This document shows positions 39,830-54,000 of a stretch of 64,000 nt of DNA, in pieces (position 1 is the stretch's first letter; every line of letters starts with the position of its first letter). Source of the DNA: Eledone cirrhosa (lineage: Eukaryota); contig OZ024747.1 of the NCBI GenBank assembly GCA_964016885.1, positions 3,534,001-3,598,000 of the forward strand, read 5' to 3'. Both the position numbers and the translations under genes were made by a program. Below the pieces are notes generated by a model. It did no database searches and had not been told where the DNA came from. It worked only from the letters and a program-made list of their open reading frames with translations.

Positions 39830-39894
39830 TATATATGTATATAAATATGTTGTTGTTGTAGCTGTTGCTGTTGTTGCTGCTGCTGTTGTTATAC

Positions 39895-39972
<78 letters not shown>

Positions 39973-40558
39973 TATATATATACACACATGCATATACATA
40001 CATATATATACATACATACATAGACACATATACATACATAGAAAACACTGACATTCACATATGCCATATATATATAAAGCAGGTAGTTTGGTGTTTGTGG
40101 AAGGAAAAGTAGGTGAGGAAGACGAGAAGTTAATTCAAATTGTTATTTAAAAATCAAGTGAATATTTACACTATGTTGAACACAAAATAAATGGCTATTT
40201 GAAATATTTTTATGAATATCGCTTTATTTATATTTTTCCCCACATCTATATTTTTCTTCATTAGTTTTGCTTTTTTTTAAAAATAAAAAGAAGAAAAGCT
40301 ATAAAAAATAAAATTATTGGATTTGATAAAAGTTAGTTTTGGTATGTGTGGTTATTGTTGTTGATGTTGTTGTTGTCGTCATCATCATTGGTAGTGGTGG
40401 TGGTTGTGGTGGTGGTGGTGGTGGTGATGATGGAGATGGTGTTTGTTGTTGTTGATATTATTATTATTATTATTATTATTGTCTATTTTTTTCTTAAAGT
40501 CATATTTTTTTTACTTTTCAAAAGTGTAGAATAAATAACTAAATATGAAAAAATACAT

Positions 40559-40618
<60 letters not shown>

Positions 40619-40929
40619 AATATACATGTAAATGTATACATGAAAATATATACACATAAAATTGCGAAAAAAAAATAGAAAAAGAAAGCTGAAATAAAAT
40701 AAACAGTATTCTAAGATAACATTAGGAGAGTAAAAACTTAACTTGAATAAAAATATGCATGTACGTGATGTGATGGGTATTTATAAGATTATAAATGACT
40801 CTTTTAATGTCTTTATTTTATTATTATTCCTATATTTTTCACTATTTTCCTCATTTTATTTCAGTTTATTATTTTTTAGTGATTTATTTTATTTTATTTT
40901 ATTTTATTTTCTACATTAAATCTACTTTT

Positions 40930-41040
40930 GTGAAGCAGAAATCCAAAGCTGCCTTTCTATTTCCCTTCCATGGGAACCATAAACAGCCTGTCATTGGCTG
41001 CACTACAATTTATATACAACCACTGTACTTCATAGGATTT
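40930..41040. promoter_or_regulatory. Candidate upstream regulatory island of gene 2
   Basis: Non-repetitive island with an X-box-like CTTCCATGGGAAC, an inverted CCAAT (ATTGG 40993-40997) and ACTACAA, about 0.8 kb before the putative TSS. Confidence 0.3.
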
Positions 41041-41044
41041 CAAA

Positions 41045-41489
41045 CATCTCTCTTTACCTCTCTCACACTTTCTCTCTGTCTCTCTCTCTCATTTACTCAG
41101 TCTCTCTCACTTTCTCTCTCTCTCTCTCATTTACTCAGTCTCTCTCTCACTTTCTCTATCTCTCTCACTTTCTCTATCCCTCTCACTTTCTCTCTCTCTC
41201 ACTTTCTCTATCCCACTCACTTTCTCTATCCCTCTCACTTTCTCTATCTCTCTCACTTTCTCTCTCACTCTCACTCTCTCTCTCTCTCACTTTCTCTATC
41301 CCACTCACTTTCTCTATCCCTCTCACTTTCTCTATCCCTCTCACTTTCTCTATCCCTCTCACTTTCTCTCTCACTCTCACTCTCTCTCTCTCTACCAGTT
41401 CAACTTTTTCTCTCTGTGACAGTAGTCTACCTCAATCTCTTTTTCATTTCTTTTTTGTTTATCGCTCTCTCTCACACACACTCTCTATT

Positions 41490-41550
<61 letters not shown>
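41045..41550. repeat. (CT)n-rich polypyrimidine tract
   Basis: Direct inspection. Confidence 0.9.
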
Positions 41551-41553
<3 letters not shown>

Positions 41554-41783
41554 GATATTTGTTCTCATTCTGTTTCCTTCCTTCTTTCTCTCTTTTTTTA
41601 TTTTCTCCTTTTCTTCTATTTATATTTTTAAATAGGTTTACTGTCTCTTAACAGTCTCTCAATGTTTATTCTTTCTTTCATTCTTTTTTCTTTCTTTCTT
41701 TCTGTCCTTCCTTCTCACTCATCCTCGCTCCCACTCACACACACACTCACTCAGAGTGTACACCCTCCCTCACTCCGTCGCTC

Positions 41784-41914
41784 AGTCTCCATATCCACAC
41801 ATCATCAATAGACCAAGCCAACATAAAACAGCAGCCAGCATTCACTGTAGAACTCTACAGAAGGATACACACCATTCAACTAAACAACACTGGACAGGAT
41901 CTGGACAAAAATTT
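41784..41914 (+). other. Probable non-coding first exon of protocadherin gene 2
   Basis: Unique-sequence island among microsatellites with an Inr-like TCAGTC at 41782-41787, no ATG, and a donor TTT|GTGAGT at 41915. The gene 2 coding exon starts with an acceptor, so an upstream exon is required. Confidence 0.5.
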
Positions 41915-42091
41915 GTGAGTTTCTTTTCAGTTTTTCAACCACTTCAATCTTCTTCTTCTTCTTCTTCTTCTTCGTCTTCCTCTTCATTTTCTTATTCTTC
42001 TTCTAACCAATTCTCTCTCTCTCTCTCACTCTCTTTACGTCTCTCTCTTCTCTTCTCTCTCTAGATATAGATATATTTATGTAAACTACAG

Positions 42092-42132
<41 letters not shown>

Positions 42133-42529
42133 TATAAGTACAACAACTTTCTTAGATATATTGGCAGTACCAAACAAGATATAAAAACTGACAAACACAC
42201 ATACATATATGTGTGTGTATGTGTGTAAGTTTTTGTGTGTGACTATGTGAGTCTGTTTGCTTGTGTGTGACTATGTAAGTGTGTGTGTGTATGTGTGTAG
42301 CTATGTGTATGTTGTGTGTGTGTTTGTGTGTGTATGTGTGTAGCTATGTGCGTGTTTGTGTGTGTATGTGTGTAGCTATGTGTATGTTGTGTATGTGTGT
42401 AGCTATGTGTAAGTGTGTGTGTGTGTGTAGCTATGTGTATGTTGTGTCATTTGATGTGAGAAATATCCATATAAATACACTGACTTACATTTTCTTAAAA
42501 AATTCTTCCAAAAAGTCAATTACGCACGC

Positions 42530-43945
42530 ATATACACATACATACACACACATATACATACACATATATACACACACATACATATACACACATACACATA
42601 TACACATACACACACATACACACATACACATACATACACACACATACACACACATATATACACATACACATATACACACATATACACACATATACACACA
42701 TATACACACAGAGATATACAGACACATACACACACCTACACATACACATATACACACACATACACGCACCTACACATACACATATACACACACATACACA
42801 TACATACGCAAATACACATACACATACATATGCAAATATACATACACACAGTCACACAGACACACACACTGTCACACAGACACACACACACACTGTCACA
42901 CAAAGACACACACACTGTCACACAGATACACAATCACACTGTCACACAGACACACACTGTCACACAAAGACACACACACTGTCACACAGACACACACACA
43001 CTGTCACACAAAGACACACACACTGTCACACAGATACACAATCACACTGTCACACAGACACAGACTTCCCTCTATACCCAGACACACAGACACTTTCATA
43101 TACATGTATAGAGGGCACATACACACACATACACATACACACATTCATGCACATACACACACATACACACACATACACACACATGCCTATGTACAGACAT
43201 ATACGTTCAAATTGACCAGTGGGCCTTATGATATGACCACTTCTAAACTGAAGTCACCACCACCATCACCACCATCACCATCATCACCACCACCATCACC
43301 ATCACATCACCATCACCAACATCATCATCATCACCACCACCATCACCATCACATCACCATCACCAACATCATCATCATCATCATCATCACATCCCCACCA
43401 CCATCACACCACCACCACCACCACCATCACCAACATCATCACCACCAGCATCACCACCACCATCATCATCACCATCACCAACATCACCACCACCATCACA
43501 CCACCACCACCACCACCATCACCAACACCATCACCATCACCATCACCAACATCACCACCACCATCACACCACCATCACACCACCACCACCACCACCATCA
43601 CCAACACCACCACCATCACACCACCACCACCACCACCACCACCACCATCACACCACCACCACCACCACCATCACCACCACCATCACACCACCACCACCAC
43701 CACCATCACCAACACCACCACCATCACACCACCACCACCACCACCACCACCACCACCACCATCACACCACCAACACCACCACCATCACACCACCACCACC
43801 ACCACCATCACACCACCACCACCACCACCATCACCACCACCATCACACCACCAACACCATTATCACCACCACCACCATCACCACCACCACCACCACCACC
43901 ACCACCACCACCACCACCATCACCAACACCATCACCATCATCATC
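42530..43945. repeat. (CA)-rich then (CAC/CAT)n tracts
   Basis: Direct inspection; explains ORF 42279-44003. Confidence 0.9.
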
Positions 43946-43974
43946 ATTATTACTGTTATTGATCTTACCTTTAC

Positions 43975-44250
43975 GTTCTGAGTTCAAATCCCACCGAGGT
44001 TAACTTTGTCTTTCATCCTTACGTCGTCGATAAAATAAAAGTACCAGTCACGTACTGGGATCAACTTAATTTCTCTTCTCCCCATATAGCTGTCCTTGTG
44101 CTTATAGTAGAAATTATTATTATTAATATTATTGGCGGAGCATTGCATCATGTAGTTATACGTTGTGAGTTCAAATCCTACCAAGGTTAGTATTGTCTTT
44201 CATCCTTACGAGGTCGCTAAAATAAAGTACCAGTAATACACTGGGATTGA
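43975..44250 (+). mobile_element. Two tandem Meta-like SINE fragments
   Basis: tgagttcaaatcc…tttcatccttacg…aaaataaagtaccagt twice. Confidence 0.7.
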
Positions 44251-45112
44251 TAATAATAATAATGAAATTATTGTGTACAGTGCTCGGGTGCACTACATCT
44301 CATCAAAGGTGCATGTATAGAAGATAGAATAATGTAGAAATGTGAGGGAAGTGTAGGGTATGATTGGTTGAATAGACTCTCCCACAGAACTGTGGACTTG
44401 GGTCTAAATCAGAAGCTGTTATTATTGTTGTTGTTATAGTTATAATTATCACCATCACCATCACCATCCTCACCACCATCACCATCACCATCACCATCCT
44501 CACCACCATCATCATCATCAGCACCATCCTCACCACCATCATCATCATCACTGTCACCACCACCATCATCATCATCATCACCATCACCACCACCATCATC
44601 ATCATCACCATCGTCATCATCATCATCATCATCATCATCATCACCATCGTTATTATCACCATCATCATCATCGTCCTTATCATTATCATCATCATATCAT
44701 CACCACCACCACCACTGTCATCATCATCATCATCACCATCACCATCATCATCACCATCATCATCACCATCACCACCACCACCACCATCACCACCACCACC
44801 ACCATCATCATCATCACTGTCATCGTCATTATCATCAGTTTTATTCATTATATATGTTACTAAGTAAAATTAAAGATTAGTGAAAAAAGTATTGAAGTGA
44901 ACTTTAGAAATCGAGTTTGTGTTTGTGTGCTAGTGTTAGGTATTAGAGATGGTGGGGACCCTGGTCTGGGGTTCCTGGACAGGAGATACATGTAGGGGCT
45001 TTTACTAAACTTTTGTCTAACCCATGCTAGAGTGCAAGAAGGGATGTTAAACAGTGTTTATGATGATATACATACATACACACACACATATATATATATG
45101 TGTATATATATA

Positions 45113-45265
45113 TAATATATTTTTCAGGTTAGAAGATACATCCTTATTTTGAAAAAAAAGTTTTTTTGGGAAAAGGGTATTTAAGATGTGTATTCTGTGT
45201 ATAAGCAGGATTTATCATCAATTTTAGGGGTACAAAAATGTTTCTTATACATGGAAAATATTGTA
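45113..45265. mobile_element. Decayed Tc1/mariner (pogo/Tc2-like) MITE
   Basis: Imperfect TIRs atatttttcaggttagaagatacat / atgtttcttatacatggaaaatattgta. Confidence 0.45.
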
Positions 45266-45529
45266 TATTATTTTATAATTTAAATAGATAGTAACTTGTT
45301 GAGACATTTTCAAATTTTGAAACTAAAATATTTGTTTTAACTTTTTAATGTTCCTTTAAGTGAAACATTTTTTTAAAGAATCATAATGTAAATTCTTAAC
45401 ACACACACTAACATGTGCATGTGAACATACATACACATATATACACCTATAAACACACGCACACATATATACACACACAAACAAAAACACAAACATACAC
45501 CCAGAGACACCCACATACATATATATATA

Positions 45530-45805
45530 ATGTCCTACGCCATCTTGGTTTGAAAAACAAGATGGCGTAGGACAGAACAAAGGAGAGGCCCAAAACAAAG
45601 AAAAGAATCCCCAGTCACTGAAGAGGTCACAGAATGTGTGACGAAAGAACTTTGACAATATATGAACAACCGTCCGATTGTGGAACCAACCAACCAAACG
45701 GAAATTTATAAATTCTTTTATAAATTTAATTTATAATAAATTGGAGTGAAAGCAACTGGTGCGTGTGTTTCTTATTGGCAACATGACCCTCCCAAAGTAT
45801 AACAA

Positions 45806-45810
<5 letters not shown>
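45530..45810 (+). mobile_element. Solo pseudo-LTR of the same Penelope-like family
   Basis: Near-identical to 27725-27970. Begins with a short inversion (tgtcctacgccatcttg...caagatggcgtaggaca) and lies within (TA)n. Confidence 0.8.
45614..45656 (+). ncRNA. Minimal type-I hammerhead ribozyme (family A, solo pLTR)
   Basis: GTCACTGAAGAGGTCACAGAATGTGTGACGAAAGAACTTTGAC. Confidence 0.75.
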
Positions 45811-45837
<27 letters not shown>

Positions 45838-45881
45838 CATATATATATATATATATTCATATATATATATATATATATATA

Positions 45882-45919
<38 letters not shown>

Positions 45920-46381
45920 TATATATATATATATGAATATATATATATGTTCATACATATTCATATATATATATGTTCATACATATTCATATATATATAT
46001 ATATATATATATTCATGGAGGCACATGGCAAAAGGTTGTGAGTTCATTTCTCAGACCGGGTGATGTGTTGTTTCCTTGAGCAAGACACTTTATTTCACAT
46101 TGCTCCAGTTTACTCAGCTGTAGAAATGAGATGATGGAGTCCCTATCATTCCACTACAAAGTGGTCGTGGAGATGCCACGGCAAAAAAGCACCCAGCACT
46201 CACTGGAAATGAGGTTGGTGTTAGGAAGGGCATCCAACTGTAGAAATCAAGCCAGAATCAGTTCCTGTCCCACCCTTGCAAGCAGGGAAAAGCGGACGTA
46301 AAATGATGATGATGATGATATATATATATGAATATATATATATGTTCATACATATTCATATATATATATATTCATATATAT

Positions 46382-46442
<61 letters not shown>

Positions 46443-46936
46443 TATATATATGAATATATATATCTGAATATATATATGAATATATATATATATGAATATA
46501 TATATATATATATAAATATATATATATATGTGTGTGTGCATTGCATCTCTATATATATTTATATATATATTGGTTGTCATGTGTAATGTATATTTTTGGT
46601 GGGTATATCAAATATCGATTGTTTGGTGTGATATTTTGGTATGTATGTGTAAAACTTTTATGAATGTTGATTCTTATATACACCGGTTGTCATGATGAAG
46701 AAATTGTGGTTTATGTTGTTGTTTTTTGGGTGGGTGTATTGTGGGGTTTTTTCAGTTTTCTATTTTTGTTTATACTGTATATTAATGGTGAGTATTTATT
46801 GCTGATGCAAATAATCAATAGGGTAGTGTGTAGAAGATCATGGTTATTAATATATATGAGAATGTATGTGTGTGTATAATTACTTACATATACACACACA
46901 TGCATTATATATACACATAAATATACATTGACACAA

Positions 46937-46983
<47 letters not shown>

Positions 46984-47689
46984 CATTGACACAAATAAAT
47001 ATACATATATTTTCCATACATATACATGTAAGTATATATATATATGCATGTGTATGTGTGTATATATATGTATCATCACATCATCATTGTCATTTTAACA
47101 TCCACTCTCTCATTCTATATATATATTTTATACATATATATATATGTATTTTTTGTACCTCTGAACTATATGTATATATATATACATATACATACACATT
47201 TATATATATATATATGTGTGTGTGTGGAACGAAAATGATTTTAAAAAAAAGGATTTGAAAAGTGTACCTTGTATATATAAAGCATCTTTATAGCATGTAC
47301 AAAAATTGATGTTAAAATTTGATGTTAGCAAAGCCAGCTTTCTCTGTGTTGGTTTATCAAAACATTGGTTTGGGTCACTTCTGTATCTCTTGCTTTAGCA
47401 AGGACATACCTACATGCACACATAGATACTTACATACGTATGTCATAGTTACTGCAGATTATTATAGAAACAATGTACAGCTGCAGCCTGATGACATCCA
47501 TTATCACTATACCAGTAATTGGTTCAGGATGATGGTTGTTTTGCCAGTAGGGTCGGATTATGGTTTTGAAGAAAGCTAACAAATTTCTACAGGAAAAATA
47601 AAGAATAACAACTCCCAATGAGTTTTAATTTACTATACTTCAAAGAATATAGTTTTGTTTCAACCTCATACCTTAAAATATTAACCTAA

Positions 47690-47990
47690 ATAAACTTCTT
47701 CTTCCACTTATTCCTGAGATGGTCATGGGGGCAGAGTCCTCAAACACTCCTTCCAAAGTGTCCTCTCAGAGTAACCATCTCCAACTGATCCTGCTGGATC
47801 TCCAAGCGAGATCAACCAAGCTCATGGATGTTGACCAACCATCTTGTGCAAGGAGTACTTCTGCGTCTCCTGCCAGTTGGTTTTGCCCATAAAATCTGTC
47901 CAGCGATTCTTTCCCAAGACAATCTAACCACATGTCCATAGTATCAGCGCTGTGATCTCTTGCTATTCATAATAATGCTGTTGGTGTATG
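47690..47990 (-). mobile_element. Old RTE-clade 3' fragment
   Basis: Minus strand YGHVVRL...PTGRRRRSTPCTRW. Confidence 0.45.
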
Positions 47991-48079
47991 ATGTGATCTT
48001 GGTTTTCCTATTTTCAACATAATTTTATGACAACTTCATAACAAAATGTCGGCCTGAGAAAATGCTTCTCTTTATAATA

Positions 48080-48265
48080 ATTGTTTCTCCTTTTGCAACA
48101 AGGCCAGCAATTACCCCAGTGCATTACTGGTGCTTTATTTTATCAACCCGTAAGGATGAAAGGCAAAGTTAACCTTGGCGGGATTTGGACTCAAAACGTA
48201 AAGGGCCGTAACTCTGTGCTGCAAAGTATGGCGTCTGACGTTCTACCAATACGGCCAATCCACCA
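48080..48265 (-). mobile_element. Meta-like SINE
   Basis: Full head and core in reverse. Confidence 0.7.
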
Positions 48266-49711
48266 TTTCTCTTTATAATAATGTTTATAACAAGAAGATA
48301 TTATGGAGTAGGTTGAGCTGATTTAATTTGGACCCAAATTGGTTTTGGACAGCATGTTATAGCTTTGATCTGTCCTACCATAGCATCTCTAACATTCAGA
48401 AATGCGAGTCTCACTAACAAATTGTGACATATGAAAAGGAATAGTGTTTCTCAGCATATGTATGTGTGTGCATACCCCTGTGCATGTGTTTGTGTGCTTT
48501 TTCTGTTTGTGTATGTGTGCGTGAAGGAGTTCACGTATGTGTGTTTATATGTGTATGAGTGTTTTTGTGTTTTGTCTGTGAATGTATGCATGCATGTTTG
48601 TGTGTATATGCGTGTGTTATTTTTTGTTTGTGTGAGTGTTTGTTGTTTTGTGTTTGTGTGTGAAAGAGTTTGTGTGTGTATGTGTGTATGTGTGTGTATG
48701 TGTGTATGTGTGTGTATGTGTGTATGTATGTGTGTATGTGTGTGTATCCATGCAATATTTATATAACTATGTGTAGCCTTGTAGATATATTTGTGAGTCC
48801 CATATGTGAAGAAACAAGTTTTAAAACTGTCAATTGACATTTGAAATTTTTATTTCACATGTCAATGAAATTTATAATACATCTAACTACATATATCTAT
48901 ATTTTATGTATTCTACATCAGTAAACTGTCATATATGTTGCGTTTAATTTCATTTATTTCATATTTTTATCTATTTTACATTCCCTTCTTTCCTAATATC
49001 ATTATTTCACATCCATCCCTTTGCTTTCATTTTTTACTTTCACTTTTTTTGCAAAACTGAATTAGAAATTTGCCTGGATTTTAATATAGAAATGGATTTA
49101 AAAATAAGAAAGAAATTATATTTTCTATCAGTCCCTACCACATTAAATCATTTTAACTATTGCTTACTGTATTTTTGCTTGTTAAATGTAAATAAACAAC
49201 AGGGAACATACTTGCAGTATAGTGTGACCAACTCATTTGTTTTTTGTTCAAAATACATATTTTGAAGCAATACATGTTTGGAGATTAGGATCATTTTAAA
49301 AAACATTTTTTTGTATTTGTATGTAATTCGTAGTTGTTGAAATGAAGTTATTTTCCTGTAGAATATCTATGACATTATCCTGATTGACATTAATTTTAGC
49401 ACAACATGAAATTGGAAGGCAAAATATAAAGGTTTCTGAGCTTACATTTATTTATCCCATGTTTTAAATATTTCATCAGTACAATTGTGATCTACACCTT
49501 TGAAAATGTATCACTGCAAAATCTTACAATTTTATCCTTTATTAAGAGAGATATGAGGAAAAAATGTGGGTGTTGTTGTTGGCATAAATAGTAATAATGC
49601 CATACAGATCCTGTAAGTTAGCCAACATATTCAAAATATCTCAATCAATCATTGATCCTGTTCAGGGTGAAAGCAGCGATTCTTTGCTTAAACTTTAATC
49701 TGTTATTTTTA

Positions 49712-49770
<59 letters not shown>

Positions 49771-50009
49771 CACCAAGCCAATACTACACTGTGTTAGTGC
49801 TGGTGTCATAATAAAATACATCCAGTCTATGCTGTAAAGTAGTTGGTTGGCATTAGGAAGAGCATAGAGTCATAGAAGCCATGGCAAAATAATATGTTCA
49901 TCTGACCTGTCTAGTCAGAGAACATGACAACCTGTCCAAACCATACCAGCATGGAAAACATAATACTGTGATGATGATGATGATGATATATATATACATA
50001 TATATATAT

Positions 50010-50325
50010 GAAGGTACATGGCTTAGTGTTTAGAGCTTTGGCCTTACAATCGTGAAGTTGTGAGTTTGATTCCGGGACCAGGCTGTATGTTGTGTTCTTG
50101 AGCAAGACACTTTATTTCATGTTGCTCCAGTTTACTAAACTGTAGAAATGGATTGTGACATCACTGTATTGGCCTTAACCTGACCCTTGATCAACATTAG
50201 TGGCATGGAGAGGGTAGCTTTGTGTGCATGGACAACTGCTCAACTTCCCAGCCTTGCCCAGACTTGTATCTCTTCCTAGATGCAAATCCCATGGTCTCTC
50301 ATAACCGATGGGGCTTTTTACCCTC
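50010..50325 (+). mobile_element. tRNA-derived SINE, second family (related copies at 46017-46130, 37005-37235, 14875-15130, 28915-29030 +; 11750-11975, 30110-30425, 38520-38735 -)
   Basis: A box catggcttagtg, B box gtttgattcc, core gtgttcttgagcaagacactttatttca. Confidence 0.65.
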
Positions 50326-50347
50326 ACAATATATGTATTATATATAC

Positions 50348-50391
<44 letters not shown>

Positions 50392-50609
50392 CCCATGCTA
50401 GCGTGGAAGATAGACATTAAACGATGATGATGATGATAATATGTATATATATATATATATATATAGATAGATAACAGATTAAAGTTTAAGCAAAGAATCG
50501 CTGCTTTCACCCTTAACGGGATCTTCTGAAACTAAAAAAGTCAATCTGTGAACGCAGAAGTAAATATTTCAAAAAAACGTTGCAACCGAAGGAAGACAGG
50601 AAGACGATA

Positions 50610-50882
50610 CTTTGGTTTGTGGAAATGTTCCCTGGCAAAGAACGGGAAAAAACAAAGAATACGTCATTATTTGGAGCGGAGAAAACAATTACACACAAAG
50701 ACAAAACCACGTTTAGGGTATAAATGAAGTCGTAGACTAATATTCTATTAGGTGGTTCATGGAGACGTTCTCTGGCAATGAATGGAAATAATACATCATT
50801 ATGTGGAGCGGTGAGAACAATTACACGCAAAGACAAAACCATGTAAATGGTATAACAGAAGTCGTAGACTAAAATTCTATTT
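50610..50882. repeat. About 132-bp direct tandem duplication within an unclassified repeat
   Basis: gttc.ctggcaa.gaa…acaattacac.caaagacaaaacca…gaagtcgtagactaa.attctatt twice. Confidence 0.75.
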
Positions 50883-51510
50883 GCTCTACGGTTCTTATAT
50901 ATTTGATATATATTTATCCTTATCGAGCTCTCTTTGGATTTTAGTCTTCAAATTTATTATTATTACTATTATATATATATGTATATATATATATATATAT
51001 ACAGAGATAGATAGACGTGGATATGTTTGTATGTATTTGTGCGTGTGCATACAAATATGAGTGTTTGCACACTAGTATATTACATATGTAAGTGTGCAAG
51101 TATGCTTTCGTGAATATGCATGCATGTGTCATATTCTGAAATAAAACCATTTGAGAAAAGACTCCCCTCCAAAAAAATTATGGAAAAAAAAATAGCAAAT
51201 TAACAAACAAACTAAAGATAAACTTAGCAACATAAACCCCTCCCCCTCAAAAAATAATAAAAACACAAAAATGTTTTGGCTTAGAAGATATTTATAAAAA
51301 TGGACAAATTGATTTTTATCTTAGCATAATATTACAATATTACTATTTCTGTGTGTTTTCGCTCATCTCATATGTTGCCTTCGAAAAACCAAGGAAAATA
51401 TAGTCAAATTTCCAAAATATTATTATTAGTAAATGCTAATATTGATAATAACATTGATGAGGATAATAATGACAATAATAACAACAATAATAATAGTAAT
51501 AATGATAACG

Positions 51511-51547
<37 letters not shown>

Positions 51548-52134
51548 GAAGAAGAAGAAGAAGAAGAAGAATGATAGTAATCATAATAATGATAATTTTG
51601 ATGATGATTGATAAAATCAACAACAACAACTACAACAACAATAATGATGATGATTATAATGATAATGATCATCATCATCATTAAATCATCATATTAACAA
51701 TTTTATTAACTTATTTATATATTTTTAAAACGTTTTTTCCCCTTTTCATAAAAGAGATAGTGTTTCAATGAAAATAGGTCCTTCCTATTCCGTTACAAAT
51801 CTCTTGAAATTTGAAGTTCTCTCTTTTCCTCTTCTTCCATTTCTTCATCTTCTTTCTTTCCTTTTTCCTATTTTTTTTTTATTTTTAATTTTTATTTTTA
51901 TTTTTATTTTTTTTATATTTTTTATTTTTATTTCTATTTTCTCTATCATCCATAAATATCACACAAACCTCATCTTTCTCTGAGGGCAAAACCATCCCTG
52001 ACACATTGGAATGTCTCATAAGGTTTCTGTTGATGTTGTTGCTATTGTTGCTGTAACTCTTGCTATTGGTGCTACTGTTGTTGTTGTTGTTGCTACTGCT
52101 GTTGTTGTAAGTGGCCTTGTGACTTTGTGGCTAT

Positions 52135-53012
52135 GGAAATGATGATAATAATGATGACAACAGCAATAGTGGTAATGGTGGTAGTGGTGGTAATGGTGGT
52201 GGTGGTGGTAATGATGCTGGTGGTAGTGGTGGTGGTGGTAATGATGGTAATGGTGGTAGTGGTGGTGGTAATGGTGGTAGTGGTGGTGGTGGTAATGGTG
52301 GTAGTGGTGGTGGTGGTAATGGTGGTAGTGGTGGTAGTGGTGGTAATGGTGGTAGTAGTCGTGGTGGTAGTGGTGGTAGTGGTGGTAATGGTGGTGGTAG
52401 TCGTGGTGGTAGTAATGATGGTGGTGGTACTGCTGCTTCTGGTAATGGTGGTGATGTTGATGTTGATAATGGTGGTATTGGTGGTGATGATGATGGTGAT
52501 GGTGATGATGGGGATGGTGATAGTGTTGATGATGGTGATGATGATGATGGTGATGATAGTGATAGTGATGGTGATAATGGTGTCAGTTGTGATGATGGTG
52601 ATGGTGATAATGGTGTCAGTTGTGTTTGTTATTGTTGTCGTTCTTGTATTTCAATGCCAGAGGTAAAGTATAATAATGTTGATGGTGATGATGATGGTGA
52701 TGATGGTGATGGTGATGGTGATGGTGATGGCGGTTGTGGTGATGGTGATGGTGATGGTGGTGGTGATGATGATGTGGTGGTGATGTGGTGGTGATGGTGA
52801 TGGTTATGATGATGGTGGTGATGATGATGGTGATGGTGATGATGGTGATGATGATGAAGATGATGGTGGTTATGATGATGGTGATCTGGCTGATGATAAA
52901 TTGATGTTGATAATGATGATGGTGGTGGTGATGATGATGATGGTGGTGATGATGATAATGATGATGATGGTGGCGGTGATGATGATGATGATGATGATGA
53001 TTGTGGTGGTGG

Positions 53013-53050
<38 letters not shown>

Positions 53051-53100
53051 GTGGCGGTGATGATGATATTGATGATAAGGCGGAAGTTAATGATGACAAC
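52135..53100. repeat. (GGT)n/(GAT)n compound microsatellite
   Basis: Direct inspection. Confidence 0.9.
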
Positions 53101-53274
53101 GATCTTCATCATCAGTGTCCTCATCATTATAAACTTCATCCTCATCCCTGGCAGCAGCAGCAGCAGCAGTTTTGTCATCATCATCATCATCATCATTATG
53201 CTAAGCAGTAAGGGAGACAACCTGCAGCAACAACAACAACAATAGAGGAAATATGTTGAAGCAATAATCATAAA

Positions 53275-53600
53275 AATGTTTCTACTTTTGGCACAAGGCC
53301 AGCAATTACCCCAGTGTATTACTGGTACTTTATTTTATTGACCCCGTAAGGAAGAAAGGCAAAGTTAACCTCGGCAGGATTTGAACTCAGAATGACAAGG
53401 GCCGTAACTCTATGCTGCAAAGCATGGCGTCCGACCCTCTACCAATACTGCCAATCCAACCCTCTTGTCTGATGGTAATAATAATAGTTTCTGATTTAGG
53501 TGCAAGGCCAGCAATTTGGGGAAGAAGAAAATAAATATCAACCCTAATACGTTACTGGTATTTCATCTTATCAGCTTCGGTAGGAATTAAACTTGAGCCC
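53275..53600 (-). mobile_element. Meta-like SINE plus a degraded second copy
   Basis: Full head and core in reverse at 53275-53465. Confidence 0.7.
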
Positions 53601-53648
53601 TTAGAATGTGAAAAGCAGACCCTAATACCACTCAGTACACTAATGGCA

Positions 53649-54000
53649 CTGACAATCCCCTACCCTAGCTAATTTCTCTAAGGGTTGGCCTGACAATCCC
53701 CCACCCTAGTTCATTTCTCTAAGGTTCTGCCTGACAATCCCCCACCCTAGTTCATTTCTCTAAGGTTCTGCCTGACAATCCCCCACCCTAGTTAATTTCT
53801 CTAAGGTTCTGCCTGACAATCCCCCACCCTAGTTCATTTCTCTAAGGTTCTGCCTGACAATCCCCTACCCCAGTTAATTTCTCTAAGGTTCTGCCTGACA
53901 ATCCCCCACCCTAGTTAATTTCTCTAAGGTTCTGCCTGACAATCCCCCACCCTAGTTAATTTCTCTAAGGTTCTGCCTGACAATCCCCCACCCTAGTTAA
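53649..54000. repeat. 41-bp minisatellite, about 8.6 copies
   Basis: Unit ctgacaatcccccaccctagtt(c/a)atttctctaaggttctgc. Confidence 0.95.

Noticed and set aside
42279-44003. 574-aa His/Thr/Pro-rich ORF
   Set aside because: Spans only GT, CA and CAC simple repeats that lack stop codons.
47485-47540. CTGATGA-CATCC...GGATG hammerhead candidate
   Set aside because: No GAAA after the stem and no stem I or III.
53649-54000. CRISPR-like array
   Set aside because: Contiguous 41-bp units with no spacers.
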